Of a DNA stretch of 64,000 nucleotides, positions 1 through 9,821 are shown piece after piece. How positions within the stretch are numbered: the first letter of the stretch is position 1; the number at the start of each line of letters is the position of its first letter. This stretch comes from Alphaproteobacteria bacterium UBA6149 (GTDB lineage: Bacteria; Pseudomonadota; Alphaproteobacteria; Rickettsiales; UBA998). The notes under the pieces were generated by a model. That model was not told where the DNA came from. It was given only the letters and a program-made list of their open reading frames with translations, and did not search any database. The DNA lies in assembly GCA_002423155.1 (NCBI GenBank), contig DIUV01000044.1:62278-126277 (forward strand). Reading direction: 5' to 3'. A program made the translations under genes and the position numbers.

Positions 1-330
1 GTCTTGGGATACTTGTAAGGCACCGAGAATGGCTAAATCTATATGTCCGCCGCGAATCATGGCAAAAGAGGTAGCGCTGTCGAAATAGGCGCTATGCGGT
101 AATTCAGTAATGGTTTGTTTGCCGGCGTTGATTAAGTCCGCATCTTCTTCACCTTCCAAAGGATATGGACCCATGCCGAGCATACCATTTTCGCTTTGCA
201 AGGTTACGAACATATTATCAGGAATATAATTGGCAACTAGCGTGGGAATGCCAATGCCTAAATTAACATAATAACCATCTTGCAATTCTTGTGCTGCCCG
301 ACGGCAAATATCTTCACGTGACCAAGTCAT
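1..330 (-). CDS. scoB: 3-oxoacid CoA-transferase subunit B (partial; C-terminus lies beyond the window start)
   Basis: Absent from the ORF track because it is truncated. My minus-strand translation from ATG at 330-328 gives [57 protein letters not shown]..., a typical CoA-transferase B subunit N-terminus. It lies downstream of scoA. Confidence 0.85.
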   Translation of the reverse strand, partial: MTWSREDICRRAAQELQDGYYVNLGIGIPTLVANYIPDNMFVTLQSENGMLGMGPYPLEGEEDADLINAGKQTITELPHSAYFDSATSFAMIRGGHIDLAILGALQVSQD

Positions 331-517
331 ATTAGGATTCTCCTTTTTGTGTTTAAGCGCCCCCTCTTCAATTAAAAAGATTGGGGCTTTCCCGCTCAAT
401 GCGGGTGTCCTTCGCTGCGCTCGTCCGTTTTTATCCGCCTGCCGGCGTAACGTTGTACGGACTGGGTTTTTGTGTTGTCTTTCGTGTACGGGTATTTCTT
501 GTAAGGGTTGTCTTTGT

Positions 518-1216
518 TTAGCTTGCTCTTAGGGTTCTGGCTTCTATGCGTTTTTCGAAATGTTCGCCTTTTAATATGCGTTGTACGAATAATCCAGGAA
601 CATGAATATTATCGGCATCTAGTCCACCAGCGGGAACGATTTCTTCTACTTCGGCGATGGTTATTTTACCTGCCATTGCCATCGGAGCATTAAAATTGCG
701 TGAAGTCTTGCGGAAAAGTAGGTTGCCCGTAACATCGGATTTCCACGCTTTAATGATAGCAATATCTGCTTTTAGGGCGGTTTCCATTACGTAGGTCTCG
801 CCGTCAAAATCGCGTAATTCTTTACCATCAGCAATAATAGTCCCGACCCCGGTTTTGGTATAAAAAGCAGGAATGCCCGAACCGCCAGCGCGGATGCGTT
901 CTGCCAAAGTGCCTTGCGGATTAAACTCAATTTCCAACTCACCGGCGAGATATTGCCGCTCAAAAGTTTTGTTTTCACCTACGTAAGAAGAAACCATTTT
1001 TTTGATTTGGCGCGTGGTAAGCAGTTTGCCTAAGCCAAAATCATCCACGCCACAATTATTAGAAATTACGGTTAAATCTTTGACGCCAGAATCTCTTATG
1101 GCATCAATCAAATTCTCAGGAATGCCGCATAAACCAAAACCACCTGCCATGATGGTCATGCCATCTTTAAGCAAGTCGCTTAGGGCGTCCTTGGCGCTAT
1201 TGTAAGTTTTATTCAT
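518..1216 (-). CDS. scoA: 3-oxoacid CoA-transferase subunit A
   Basis: 232 aa. [15 protein letters not shown] and the SENG-type family pattern fit, and length and order relative to scoB are typical. Confidence 0.9.
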   Translation of the reverse strand: MNKTYNSAKDALSDLLKDGMTIMAGGFGLCGIPENLIDAIRDSGVKDLTVISNNCGVDDFGLGKLLTTRQIKKMVSSYVGENKTFERQYLAGELEIEFNPQGTLAERIRAGGSGIPAFYTKTGVGTIIADGKELRDFDGETYVMETALKADIAIIKAWKSDVTGNLLFRKTSRNFNAPMAMAGKITIAEVEEIVPAGGLDADNIHVPGLFVQRILKGEHFEKRIEARTLRAS

Positions 1217-1301
1217 GAAAAACTCCTTTTATGGTAATGAAAACCCACTTTATATTCTAAAAGTTAAATAACTTTTAAGTTATATGCTATAAAATCAAAT
1301 T

Positions 1302-1970
1302 ATGAGAAAAATATTTATTGAATTATATAAAGCTTGGAAACTCGGACGCGAGCCCTTCTACCGTTTGGCTTTGAGTATGGTGATTAATTATATTTATAAG
1401 CCAGATTATCAACACTTGGATAAAATTCCTGCTCACGGGGCAGCGGTGCTGGTGTGCAACCATGTTTCTTACGCGGATGGGGCAATTTTAGCGGTAGGAT
1501 GTCCGCGTCCGATTCGTTTTGTAATTGATGCGGATATTTATAATCTACCCATCGTGAATTATTTTATGCGTCTCAATCGCGCTATTCCTATACTTCCCAC
1601 GCGGCAATCAGTAAGTGCTGCAATGGATGAAATTTCCGCCGGGCTGCAAGCAGGGGATTTAATCTGTATTTTCCCTGAAGGTCAATTGACCTATACGGGC
1701 GGCATTAGTCGCTTCAAACAAGGGGTTATTCACATGATAGAGCGCAACCCAGTGCCAGTTTATCCTTTGGCAATGACGGGTCTATGGGGAAGCATTTTTA
1801 GTCGGCGTTATCTAAAAAGCTGGCGACGGTTTTATCCTTTTCATAAACGCAACCCCATACGGGTTATTTGTGGCGATGCCATTGCGCCCGAGGGCTTAAA
1901 TGTTAATCAGTTACAGGTGGAAGTTTTGCGACTGAAGCATCAAATCCAAGCTCGTGATAAAAATTTATAA
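1302..1970 (+). CDS. lysophospholipid (PlsC/Aas-type) acyltransferase
   Basis: Acyltransferase HX4D motif (NHVSYADG) and FPEG motif; 222 aa. Confidence 0.7.
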   Translation: MRKIFIELYKAWKLGREPFYRLALSMVINYIYKPDYQHLDKIPAHGAAVLVCNHVSYADGAILAVGCPRPIRFVIDADIYNLPIVNYFMRLNRAIPILPTRQSVSAAMDEISAGLQAGDLICIFPEGQLTYTGGISRFKQGVIHMIERNPVPVYPLAMTGLWGSIFSRRYLKSWRRFYPFHKRNPIRVICGDAIAPEGLNVNQLQVEVLRLKHQIQARDKNL

Positions 1971-2751
1971 TTTCCTGCGCCAGCAAGGCGGGCGAAAAAT
2001 CCGTATGTCCAATATCAGGATAAAACAAGCCTTTTTTCGGTTCAGGTGCGGCGGCTAAGAGGCGCTGTCCTTGGTGCAGGGGAATAACCTCATCTTTGGC
2101 GCCGTGGAAAATTAAAAGTGGCATCTTCAGGTGGGGAATTTTTTCTAAAGAATTAAAATTATCCCGCGTAATATATTTAATGGGAAACATCGGATAAAGC
2201 TCCGCGCCACGCGCCGAAATGGAAGTGTAGGGAGCTTCTAAAACTAACATTTGCGCGGGAAATTCCGCCGCCATTTGCACCGCCACGCCGCTACCAAGTG
2301 ATTCTCCGTATAATATAATCGGTTGCTGGGGAAATTGTGTTTGGGCAAATTTTATGGCTGCACGAGCATCCATATAAATTCCTGCTTCACTGGGAGCGCC
2401 CATACTATCGCCATAGCCACGATAACTAACGGCGACCAAGCCAAAATTTTGGGCGATAAAACCATGAAACTTATCGGCTCGCATTTTCAAGTTCCCAGCA
2501 TTGCCGTGGAAATAGACAATAATGGGCAGATTGTTTTGCGGTGCTTGCCACCATAAGCTTAGTTGCGTACCATCTTCTGCCCTGATGCTGGTTTTTTGCG
2601 TGTCTTTTAACCCAACTATTTGTGGGTTTAATTCTTCTCGCAGGGGGTGATAAATAAGCTTGCGTTGGAACAAAAACAGCCCCAGCACCAAAAATGCATA
2701 AATTAAAAAACCATAAAATATAATTTTGAACAGCATTTTTGTATTATACAT
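1903..2751 (-). CDS. alpha/beta hydrolase (BEM46-like)
   Basis: N-terminal TM helix, HGNAGN oxyanion region and GESLGSG nucleophile elbow; 282 aa. Confidence 0.75.
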   Translation of the reverse strand: MYNTKMLFKIIFYGFLIYAFLVLGLFLFQRKLIYHPLREELNPQIVGLKDTQKTSIRAEDGTQLSLWWQAPQNNLPIIVYFHGNAGNLKMRADKFHGFIAQNFGLVAVSYRGYGDSMGAPSEAGIYMDARAAIKFAQTQFPQQPIILYGESLGSGVAVQMAAEFPAQMLVLEAPYTSISARGAELYPMFPIKYITRDNFNSLEKIPHLKMPLLIFHGAKDEVIPLHQGQRLLAAAPEPKKGLFYPDIGHTDFSPALLAQEIINFYHELGFDASVAKLPPVTD

Positions 2752-2846
2752 AAGAATACTTGCAATTTCCTTAATATTTCTATTAGTTGTGAATAAAATT
2801 ATCCCACACGATATTTTTTGCGAAATAATTTATTTTTATACATACT

Positions 2847-2944
2847 CTCCATTGTCATCCCCGCCTTGTGCGGGGATCTCGGGACACAAAAAAGACCGAA
2901 TTTGTAGCCCTAGATCCCCGCACAAGGCGGGGATGACAATGGAG
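2847..2944. repeat. palindromic element family A, copy A1 (GTCATCCCCGCCTTGTGCGGGGATC arms)
   Basis: 33-bp perfect inverted arms (2847-2879 / 2912-2944). The core is identical to the copy at 54893-54994. Each arm holds a nested CCCCGC-N5-GCGGGG hairpin. Confidence 0.9.
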
Positions 2945-3011
2945 GGTGTTGATAAGAAAAAATAATATTTTGTGGGGTTGAGAAAAATATAAAACTTACA
3001 ATGGATAAAAA

Positions 3012-3500
3012 ATGACTTTAGCAATAATTCTCACCATTCTCATGGCGATCGTCGTATATTTAGATACCTCACGTTTTGTGATACCTAATTGGTTGAATTT
3101 AATTATTCTGGTTTTGTTTCCTATTGCAGGGTTTATGCATCCTGAAGCGGTGCAATGGCTGGGCAGTTTATACTCATTTTTGCTCTATTTTGCCATTGGT
3201 TATGCGGTTTTTGTGCTGCGTTTAATGGGCGGAGGAGATATTAAATTATTGGCGGTTTGTGCGCTGTGGTGCAGCTGGGGCGAGGCGAGCACCATGCTTA
3301 TATTATATACGTCGTTATATGGGGGATTATTAACCGCTTTCTTGCTAATTATGCGCCCGATTTGCAGCACTTTTCTAAGCGCAGAAAAAACCAATTTTCG
3401 TGTATTGAGAAAGCGTGAGCCCGTCCCTTATGGCATCGCCATAGCAGCGGCTTTTCTTACCCTTTTATGGACGGAGAAACTCTCTGTAGTCGGATTATAA
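3012..3500 (+). CDS. cpaA: A24-family prepilin peptidase (CpaA/TadV-like, no methyltransferase domain)
   Basis: 162-aa polytopic membrane protein with both catalytic Asp contexts (YLDTSRFVIPN and GGGDIKLL). Confidence 0.75.
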   Translation: MTLAIILTILMAIVVYLDTSRFVIPNWLNLIILVLFPIAGFMHPEAVQWLGSLYSFLLYFAIGYAVFVLRLMGGGDIKLLAVCALWCSWGEASTMLILYTSLYGGLLTAFLLIMRPICSTFLSAEKTNFRVLRKREPVPYGIAIAAAFLTLLWTEKLSVVGL

Positions 3501-3503
3501 GCT

Positions 3504-6131
3504 CTATTCTTTTTTAAGCTTACTCGCCACTTTCTTTGCCGCAGGTTTTTTTGCGGCTTTTTCTGCAGGTTCTTTTTTAGTCGTCGCTTTCTTAACGGCT
3601 GCTTTTTTAGCCGGAGCTTTTTTCCCCTTGGCAGGAGCCGCCGCCGCACGCGCATTTATCAAAGCGATTGCTTCTTCCAAGGTTATTTTCTCTGGCGTTT
3701 GTCCTTTGCCCAAAGATGCATTGACTTTGCCGTGCTTAACATAAGGTCCATAACGCCCGGCGAATACTGCCACATCGCCGCCTTCTGGGTGCGCGCCAAT
3801 CACTCGCAAAGGCTCGGCGCTGCTTTTCTTGCCGCTTTCGCTAATTAGGGCGACTGCGCGGTTCATGCCTACGGTAAGCAAATCATCTTCCGAAGTCAGC
3901 GAAGTATATTTGCCATCATGCAGTAAATAAGGCCCAAAACGCCCCTGACCTGCGGTAATCATTTTATTAGTTTCTGGATGCAAGCCCACTTCACGCGGCA
4001 AACTTAATAGCTTGTTTGCTTGCTCTAAATTCATCCCTTCAACCGAAGTGCCTTTCGGCAAACTTGCACGTTTGGGTTTAGTGCCTTCACCCTGCTGCAC
4101 ATACACCCCATAAGGGCCTTTTTTCAGCCAGATTTCCTCGCCCGATTCAGCATTGCCCAGTAGGCGCGGCAAGTCAGTTATGGGGGCGCCATCTTCGCTA
4201 TTTGCGCCTGCATCTTCACCTAATTGTTTGGTATAGTTGCAAGTAGGATAGCCCGAACAGCCCAAGAATGCACCAAATTTCCCGGTTTTTAAAGACAAAG
4301 AACCTTCTGCACAGGCGGGGCATTTGCGCGTTTCTTCGGTGACATTTTGGGTGCCAAAAATAAAGGGTGCGAGTAATTTATCTAAAGCGGCAATAATTTC
4401 GGGCTGTTGAATTTCCTTTGCCTGCGCCACATTGGCGATGAATATTTGCCAAAAATCACGCAACACGGTTTTCCAATCTAATTTACCACTGGCCACATCA
4501 TCTAACTGATTTTCTAAATTAGCGGTAAAATCATATTCTACATATTTTTTAAAAAAACTTTCCAAAAAGGCATTCACCAAACGCCCACGCATTTCGGCAA
4601 TAAAACGGCGTTTATCTAAACGTACATAGCCGCGATCTTGCAATACGGAAATAATACTTGCATAGGTGGATGGCCTGCCAATGCCCAATTCTTCCAAGCG
4701 CTTAACCAAACTCGCTTCGGAATAACGCGGCGGAGGCTCGGTAAAATGCTGATTGCCTTTTAGCTCACTCGCGGATAAATCCTGCCCTACTTCTAATGGT
4801 GGCAACAAGCGGCTTTCTTCGTCTTCTTCGTCTTCGTCTTTTCCTTCGCGGTATAACGCCAAGAAACCATCAAATTTCAAAATAGAACCCGTAGCACGAA
4901 AAACCGCTTTAGTTTTGGGCTCCTCCGCTTCCATCAACACTTGATCATAAACGGCGGATTCCATCTGGCTGGCGACCATGCGTTTAAAAATCAATTCGTA
5001 TAATTTAAACGCATCATCTTCTAAAAAGCTGCGCATTTGTTCGGGCGTGCGACTAAGCGAAGTGGGGCGGATGGCTTCATGCGCTTCTTGCGCATTTTTT
5101 TGTTTCACCTGATAATTACGCTGGGTAGCCGGCACATAATTCGTCCCATGTTTTTGGGCGATATATTCCCGCGCACCGGCAATTGCTTCTTGCGAAACTT
5201 GTACCCCATCGGTACGCATATAGGTGATTAAACCTACGGTTTCGCCTTCAAAAGTTACCCCTTCATAAAGCTTTTGCGCTAAAGTCATGGTTTTTTTAGC
5301 GGAAAAACGTAAACGTCTCGAAGCATCCATTTGCAAAGTAGAAGTGGTAAAAGGTGGTTCAGGATTGCGACGTTGTTGTTTGGGCGTAACTTTTTTAATG
5401 GTTACATTGCAATTTTCCAAAGCGGCGACGATTTTTTGCGCCTGCTCGGCATTTATAATCGAAAATTTTTCTAATTTTTCCCCTTGCCATTCAGACAACC
5501 GCGCCACAAAACTTTCTTTTTTTGCGGTAGTCAAACGCGCGGTTACATCCCAATATTCACGGGCAACGAAAGATTCAATCTCCGCATCACGCTCACAAAC
5601 CAAACGCAACGCTACGGATTGTACCCGTCCTGCGGATTTTGCACTCGGCAGTTTCCGCCATAATACCGGCGAGAGATTAAAGCCCACCAGATAATCCAAA
5701 GCGCGGCGCGCTTGCTGGGCATTCACCAAATCCATATCCACTTCACGGGGAGATTCAAAAGCTTTTAAAATGGCGGTTTTGGTAATTTCATGAAAGACTA
5801 CGCGCTTGATAACCAAGCCTTTTTTCAGCGCTTTAGCTTCTTGCAGAGCTTCCACCACATGCCAAGAAATTGCCTCTCCTTCGCGATCCGGATCGGTCGC
5901 GAGATATAAAATATCCGACTGCTTGGCAGCACGGGCAATTTCATTAATATGTTTTTTGGAATCCGCATCCACCACATAATCCATGGCGAAATCTTCATCC
6001 GGGCGCACCGAACCATCCTTCGAAGGCAAATCGCGCACATGCCCAAAAGAAGCCAGCACGGTAAAATCCTTACCCAGATATTTATTAATAGTTTTGGCTT
6101 TAGAGGGTGATTCAACAACAACAGTATGCAT
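3504..6131 (-). CDS. topA: DNA topoisomerase I
   Basis: 875 aa: Toprim N-terminus (VVESPSKAKTI), Zn-ribbon CPAC...C region and a Lys/Ala-rich C-terminal tail. Confidence 0.95.
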   Translation of the reverse strand: MHTVVVESPSKAKTINKYLGKDFTVLASFGHVRDLPSKDGSVRPDEDFAMDYVVDADSKKHINEIARAAKQSDILYLATDPDREGEAISWHVVEALQEAKALKKGLVIKRVVFHEITKTAILKAFESPREVDMDLVNAQQARRALDYLVGFNLSPVLWRKLPSAKSAGRVQSVALRLVCERDAEIESFVAREYWDVTARLTTAKKESFVARLSEWQGEKLEKFSIINAEQAQKIVAALENCNVTIKKVTPKQQRRNPEPPFTTSTLQMDASRRLRFSAKKTMTLAQKLYEGVTFEGETVGLITYMRTDGVQVSQEAIAGAREYIAQKHGTNYVPATQRNYQVKQKNAQEAHEAIRPTSLSRTPEQMRSFLEDDAFKLYELIFKRMVASQMESAVYDQVLMEAEEPKTKAVFRATGSILKFDGFLALYREGKDEDEEDEESRLLPPLEVGQDLSASELKGNQHFTEPPPRYSEASLVKRLEELGIGRPSTYASIISVLQDRGYVRLDKRRFIAEMRGRLVNAFLESFFKKYVEYDFTANLENQLDDVASGKLDWKTVLRDFWQIFIANVAQAKEIQQPEIIAALDKLLAPFIFGTQNVTEETRKCPACAEGSLSLKTGKFGAFLGCSGYPTCNYTKQLGEDAGANSEDGAPITDLPRLLGNAESGEEIWLKKGPYGVYVQQGEGTKPKRASLPKGTSVEGMNLEQANKLLSLPREVGLHPETNKMITAGQGRFGPYLLHDGKYTSLTSEDDLLTVGMNRAVALISESGKKSSAEPLRVIGAHPEGGDVAVFAGRYGPYVKHGKVNASLGKGQTPEKITLEEAIALINARAAAAPAKGKKAPAKKAAVKKATTKKEPAEKAAKKPAAKKVASKLKKE

Positions 6132-6215
6132 TTTTATTCCTTAAACTGAAAGCGCAAGCCCTCGTCACTTAGCTTATTTTTTGTTTGAGCGCAAAGTGTT
6201 TGTGGAATCTGTTAT

Positions 6216-6611
6216 TCAAAGACCTAATTCTTTTCTAGCGGCTTGCGCAATAAAGCCCGAGCGAGTCAGCCCAAATTGCTTAGCTTTTAAATCAATTAAA
6301 GAAAGCAATTCTGCATCTATACTGGCATTAAAACGTATAGGTTCTTTCTTTGGGACATTAATACCAACAACAAAATAGGCGCTCGCGTCCTTATAATCAT
6401 CATTTTTTGATATATTCTCTAAACTACTGGGTTTAGGCAGGGGTAGGTTTTCCTCCAACATACAAGCAACATGCCCAGACAAAGCCTCTTGAGCCATATC
6501 TTTTGCGTCATCAATAGTGGTTCCTGCGGTAATACAACCAGGAAAATCAGGAAAACTTACCCCAAAATCAGATTCTTCTTCTTTGTGAATAACCGCTATA
6601 TAGTTCAACAT
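6216..6611 (-). CDS. hicB: HicB-family antitoxin
   Basis: HicB N-terminal fold pattern (YIAVIHKEEESDFGVSFPDFPGCITAGTTIDDA) plus a C-terminal RHH-like DNA-binding tail. It starts 1 nt after the hicA stop. Confidence 0.85.
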   Translation of the reverse strand: MLNYIAVIHKEEESDFGVSFPDFPGCITAGTTIDDAKDMAQEALSGHVACMLEENLPLPKPSSLENISKNDDYKDASAYFVVGINVPKKEPIRFNASIDAELLSLIDLKAKQFGLTRSGFIAQAARKELGL

Positions 6612-6612
6612 A

Positions 6613-6795
6613 TTATTTTAATCCCGCCTGTTTCAAAATATTATTCAAAGTTCCCTTAGGCACATCCCTTTTAGGGTGCGGAACTGTTGTAATACCCTTT
6701 TTCGTTGGGTGCTTAAAATGCCAATGGCTACCGCTGGTACGCATATGCTCCCAGCCATCACTTTTCAGCATTTTAATAATATCCGCACTATTCAT
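6613..6795 (-). CDS. hicA: HicA-family mRNA interferase toxin
   Basis: 60 aa with GSHWHFKHP, the HicA catalytic-His context. Confidence 0.85.
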   Translation of the reverse strand: MNSADIIKMLKSDGWEHMRTSGSHWHFKHPTKKGITTVPHPKRDVPKGTLNNILKQAGLK

Positions 6796-6835
6796 TGGTT
6801 ATTTTTACACAAAAAATGTGTATAAATCAAGTTTT

Positions 6836-7435
6836 TTAAGCATTCTTCAAATTATCTGCCACAAAATCCCAATTAACCAGATGTTCCAAGAACGCGCCCA
6901 TATAGTCCGGGCGGCGGTTTTGGAAGTCTAAATAATAAGCATGTTCCCACACATCCATAGTGAGCAAGGCGGTTTGTCCATGCACCATGGGTAAATCAGC
7001 ATTCGGGGTTTTAGTCACCTTCAATTTGCCAGCTTCTAGCACCAACCATGCCCAGCCACTGCCAAACTGGGTTGCGCCTGCGTTTTTGAATTGTTCGGCA
7101 AATGCTTCAAAGCTGCCGAAATCGGCGTCAATTTTTGCCGCTAATTCACCCGTTGGTTTGCCGCCGCCATTAGGCTTCATGGAGTTCCAATAGAAAGTAT
7201 GGTTCCAAACCTGCGCGGCATTATTAAAAATGCCCGCTTTGCTAGCATCAGCAGCGGATTTTTTGATGATTTCTTCCAAAGAAGCGCTTGCCAAATCAGT
7301 GCCTTCAATCAATTTATTCAAATTCACCACGTAAGTATTATGATGTTTGCCATGGTGAAATTCTAAGGTGCGTGCCGAAATATGCGGTTCTAATGCGGTG
7401 GCTGCGTATGGTAATGCGGGTAAAGTAAAGGTCAT
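6836..7435 (-). CDS. sodB: Fe/Mn superoxide dismutase
   Basis: [20 protein letters not shown] and DVWEHAYY motifs; 199 aa. Confidence 0.92.
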   Translation of the reverse strand: MTFTLPALPYAATALEPHISARTLEFHHGKHHNTYVVNLNKLIEGTDLASASLEEIIKKSAADASKAGIFNNAAQVWNHTFYWNSMKPNGGGKPTGELAAKIDADFGSFEAFAEQFKNAGATQFGSGWAWLVLEAGKLKVTKTPNADLPMVHGQTALLTMDVWEHAYYLDFQNRRPDYMGAFLEHLVNWDFVADNLKNA

Positions 7436-7477
7436 GATTATCTCTCTCGACTATTGTTAGTTGTTTGTATATGACTA

Positions 7478-7622
7478 AAGACCTCTGCGTAATGCTACTG
7501 CGCTGGGCTTCTAACGCTCAAGTTATTGAAAAACAATACTCATGTACCTACGTACACTCCGTTTATTTTTCAATAACTTGAGCGCTATAATCCTCAGCGC
7601 AGCGCATTACGCGAGAGGTCTT
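7478..7622. repeat. palindromic element family C, copy C1 (about 145 bp)
   Basis: Imperfect long palindrome AAGACCTCTGCGTAATGCTACTGC...GCGCATTACGCGAGAGGTCTT. A second copy lies at 54666-54809. Confidence 0.85.
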
Positions 7623-7655
7623 ACACTAGTCGTCTTATATACCAAGGAACGCAAT

Positions 7656-9797
7656 ATGGCAAAGAATCTCGCGCAATTAAAGCATAAATCTCATAAAAAT
7701 GAGCATGGTCAAAATGGGCATGCGGTTAGTTCGGAAGTTCGCCTAGAACAAGCAGTAAAATTGCTGGAGGCACGTCGTTTTAAGGAGTCTGATGCTATAT
7801 GTTTGGCGGTTTTAGAAAAAGAACCGCATAATTTAGATGCTTATAATCTAATTGCGGTTGCCGCAAAAGATAATGGCGATTTTGAGCGTGCCGTAAAATA
7901 TTTCCATCAAGCGCTAACTCTTGACCCTACTTATGTGCGGGGATTATTTAATTTGGCGAATTTAATGCGTGAACATGGCTATGTGGACGAATCTAACCAA
8001 TTATATGAAAGCATCCTGATACACGATCCTAACCATGTGCGCGCTTTATCCAGTTTGAGCATTATCAATCTAAATGCAGGCAATTATGTTGCGGCACTTA
8101 TCTTTTTGCGTAAACTTATAACTCTTATGCCCAATGACTCGAAAATTTGGGCAGGGCTGGCGCAAGCTATGGAAAATGGTTTGCAAGGAGATGATGCAGA
8201 ATTAGAAGAAATTGTCACTAAGGGCTTACATAATCCGCATATAGAAATAGAATATGTTGTACGTTGCGCCATCAAACTTGTTTCTACCAATAGTCAAATA
8301 AATCATTTTATTGGTTTAGTCAGCAATATCGGCGAAGATAAAAAGGGACAAAACTGGCAAGCATTTAAGCAAGAAATTATCGGAGATAATTTATTATCCA
8401 CCCTGCAAAAACCACTAATCCGTGAATTAATGAATAATCTACCCATTCCGCAGATTGGGTTGGAAAATTTATTAACCAATGTTCGTGCTGCCTTGCTGGA
8501 ATTAAGTCTGGAAAATGCTTTAGACGAAGCACAAATGAAGAGTTGGCAGCCAACTTTATTAGACTTAGCCTGCCAATGTTTTTTAAACGAATATATTTAT
8601 AATCTATCTGACTGGGAAAAAGATAAACTCGTAGGCTTTGCTAATTTAGTTGCAAATGCAGATATTGAAGATGCAGATAAACTAAACGAAAATGATTTAT
8701 GGAACTTAAATCTGCTCGCATGTTATCAACCTGTATATCTTTTAAAAAATGCGGAAAACTGGGCAGCATTAAAAGATAATGAATTTTCTCGTGCGACCAA
8801 AATATTTTTGACCGAGCAAATCATTAATCCTCGCATAGAACTTGCTCTCAAGCCCCAAATAGAAAAAATTGGGAATATTAAAAACGAGATTTCTCAATCG
8901 GTAAAAGCGCAATATGAGGAGAATCCTTATCCACGCTGGAAATCCATGTCGCCCTTAGTTGCTATGCCCGTAGCAAAAATACTAAATTTTCTATTTCCCG
9001 AGCAACCAATCAGCAAATGGCGCGTAAGCTCAGAACCAGAAATTTTAATCGCTGGTTGTGGAACAGGAAAACACGCGTTGGTTAGTGCCAGCCGTTTTGC
9101 CAATGCAAAAGTGCTGGCAATTGATTTGAGCACCAGCAGCCTTGCTTACGCCATCCGCAAAGCACAAGAACATAACAATAAAAATATTATTTTCCGCCAA
9201 GCCGATATTTTAGAATTAGGAGAGTTAGAATTAGGTGAACTAAAATTAGGGGTGGGGGCACAAAAATTTGATATTATCGAATCTGTTGGCGTGCTTCATC
9301 ACATGCAAGACCCGATGATGGGCTGGAAAACACTGACCAAATTATTAAAACCTAAAGGCTTTATGCGCATAGGACTATATAGTGAGCTCGCCAGAAAAGC
9401 GGTAATAGGCGGCAGGGAGTTAGTGCAAAACAATCAATATAATGCCGATATTGAAGGCATTAGAAGCTTAAGAAAGAATATTATCAGCAACCAATATTCT
9501 GCCAACGCGGCGATTTTATTAAAAGCCTACGATTTTTATAACGCTTCTGAGTGCCGTGATTTATTATTCCATGTACAAGAGCACCGCTTTACTTTACCGC
9601 AAATCAAAGAATCATTGGCAGAATTAGGCTTGGAATTTTTAGGGTTTGAAAATAGCAATACGGAATTATTCAAGCATTATGCCGCCATGTTCCCCGCGGA
9701 CAAAACTATGAATAATCTTGATAATTGGCAAGTATTTGAAGAAACTTATCCCTTTACTTTTGCCGGCATGTATCAATTCTGGGTGCAGAAAATATAG
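7656..9797 (+). CDS. TPR-repeat protein fused to a class I SAM-dependent methyltransferase
   Basis: N-terminal TPR-like repeats and a C-terminal motif I (ILIAGCGTGKHAL). Start moved from 7542 to the ATG at 7656 (AAGGA upstream), because codons 1-38 of the track ORF are read out of repeat C1. Confidence 0.7.
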   Translation: MAKNLAQLKHKSHKNEHGQNGHAVSSEVRLEQAVKLLEARRFKESDAICLAVLEKEPHNLDAYNLIAVAAKDNGDFERAVKYFHQALTLDPTYVRGLFNLANLMREHGYVDESNQLYESILIHDPNHVRALSSLSIINLNAGNYVAALIFLRKLITLMPNDSKIWAGLAQAMENGLQGDDAELEEIVTKGLHNPHIEIEYVVRCAIKLVSTNSQINHFIGLVSNIGEDKKGQNWQAFKQEIIGDNLLSTLQKPLIRELMNNLPIPQIGLENLLTNVRAALLELSLENALDEAQMKSWQPTLLDLACQCFLNEYIYNLSDWEKDKLVGFANLVANADIEDADKLNENDLWNLNLLACYQPVYLLKNAENWAALKDNEFSRATKIFLTEQIINPRIELALKPQIEKIGNIKNEISQSVKAQYEENPYPRWKSMSPLVAMPVAKILNFLFPEQPISKWRVSSEPEILIAGCGTGKHALVSASRFANAKVLAIDLSTSSLAYAIRKAQEHNNKNIIFRQADILELGELELGELKLGVGAQKFDIIESVGVLHHMQDPMMGWKTLTKLLKPKGFMRIGLYSELARKAVIGGRELVQNNQYNADIEGIRSLRKNIISNQYSANAAILLKAYDFYNASECRDLLFHVQEHRFTLPQIKESLAELGLEFLGFENSNTELFKHYAAMFPADKTMNNLDNWQVFEETYPFTFAGMYQFWVQKI

Positions 9798-9821
9798 TAA
9801 CTCCAACATACGGATAAATAT

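Noticed and set aside
2726-3024. ORFs 2726-2965 (+), 2836-3024 (-) and 54893-55078 (-), which encode near-identical peptides
   Set aside because: Their conserved parts are simply translations of palindromic element family A. The flanking codons are AT-rich junk and no RBS is present.
3428-3655. 75-aa Arg/Lys-rich ORF on the minus strand, plus antisense or out-of-frame ORFs within topA (4753-4944, 5037-5231, 5287-5694, 5825-6121)
   Set aside because: They lie entirely within, or antisense to, the well-supported topA frame. The basic composition mirrors the Lys/Ala-rich tail codons.
7542-7655. Upstream start of the 751-aa ORF
   Set aside because: The first 38 codons derive from repeat C1. A downstream ATG at 7656 with an RBS gives a plausible N-terminus.
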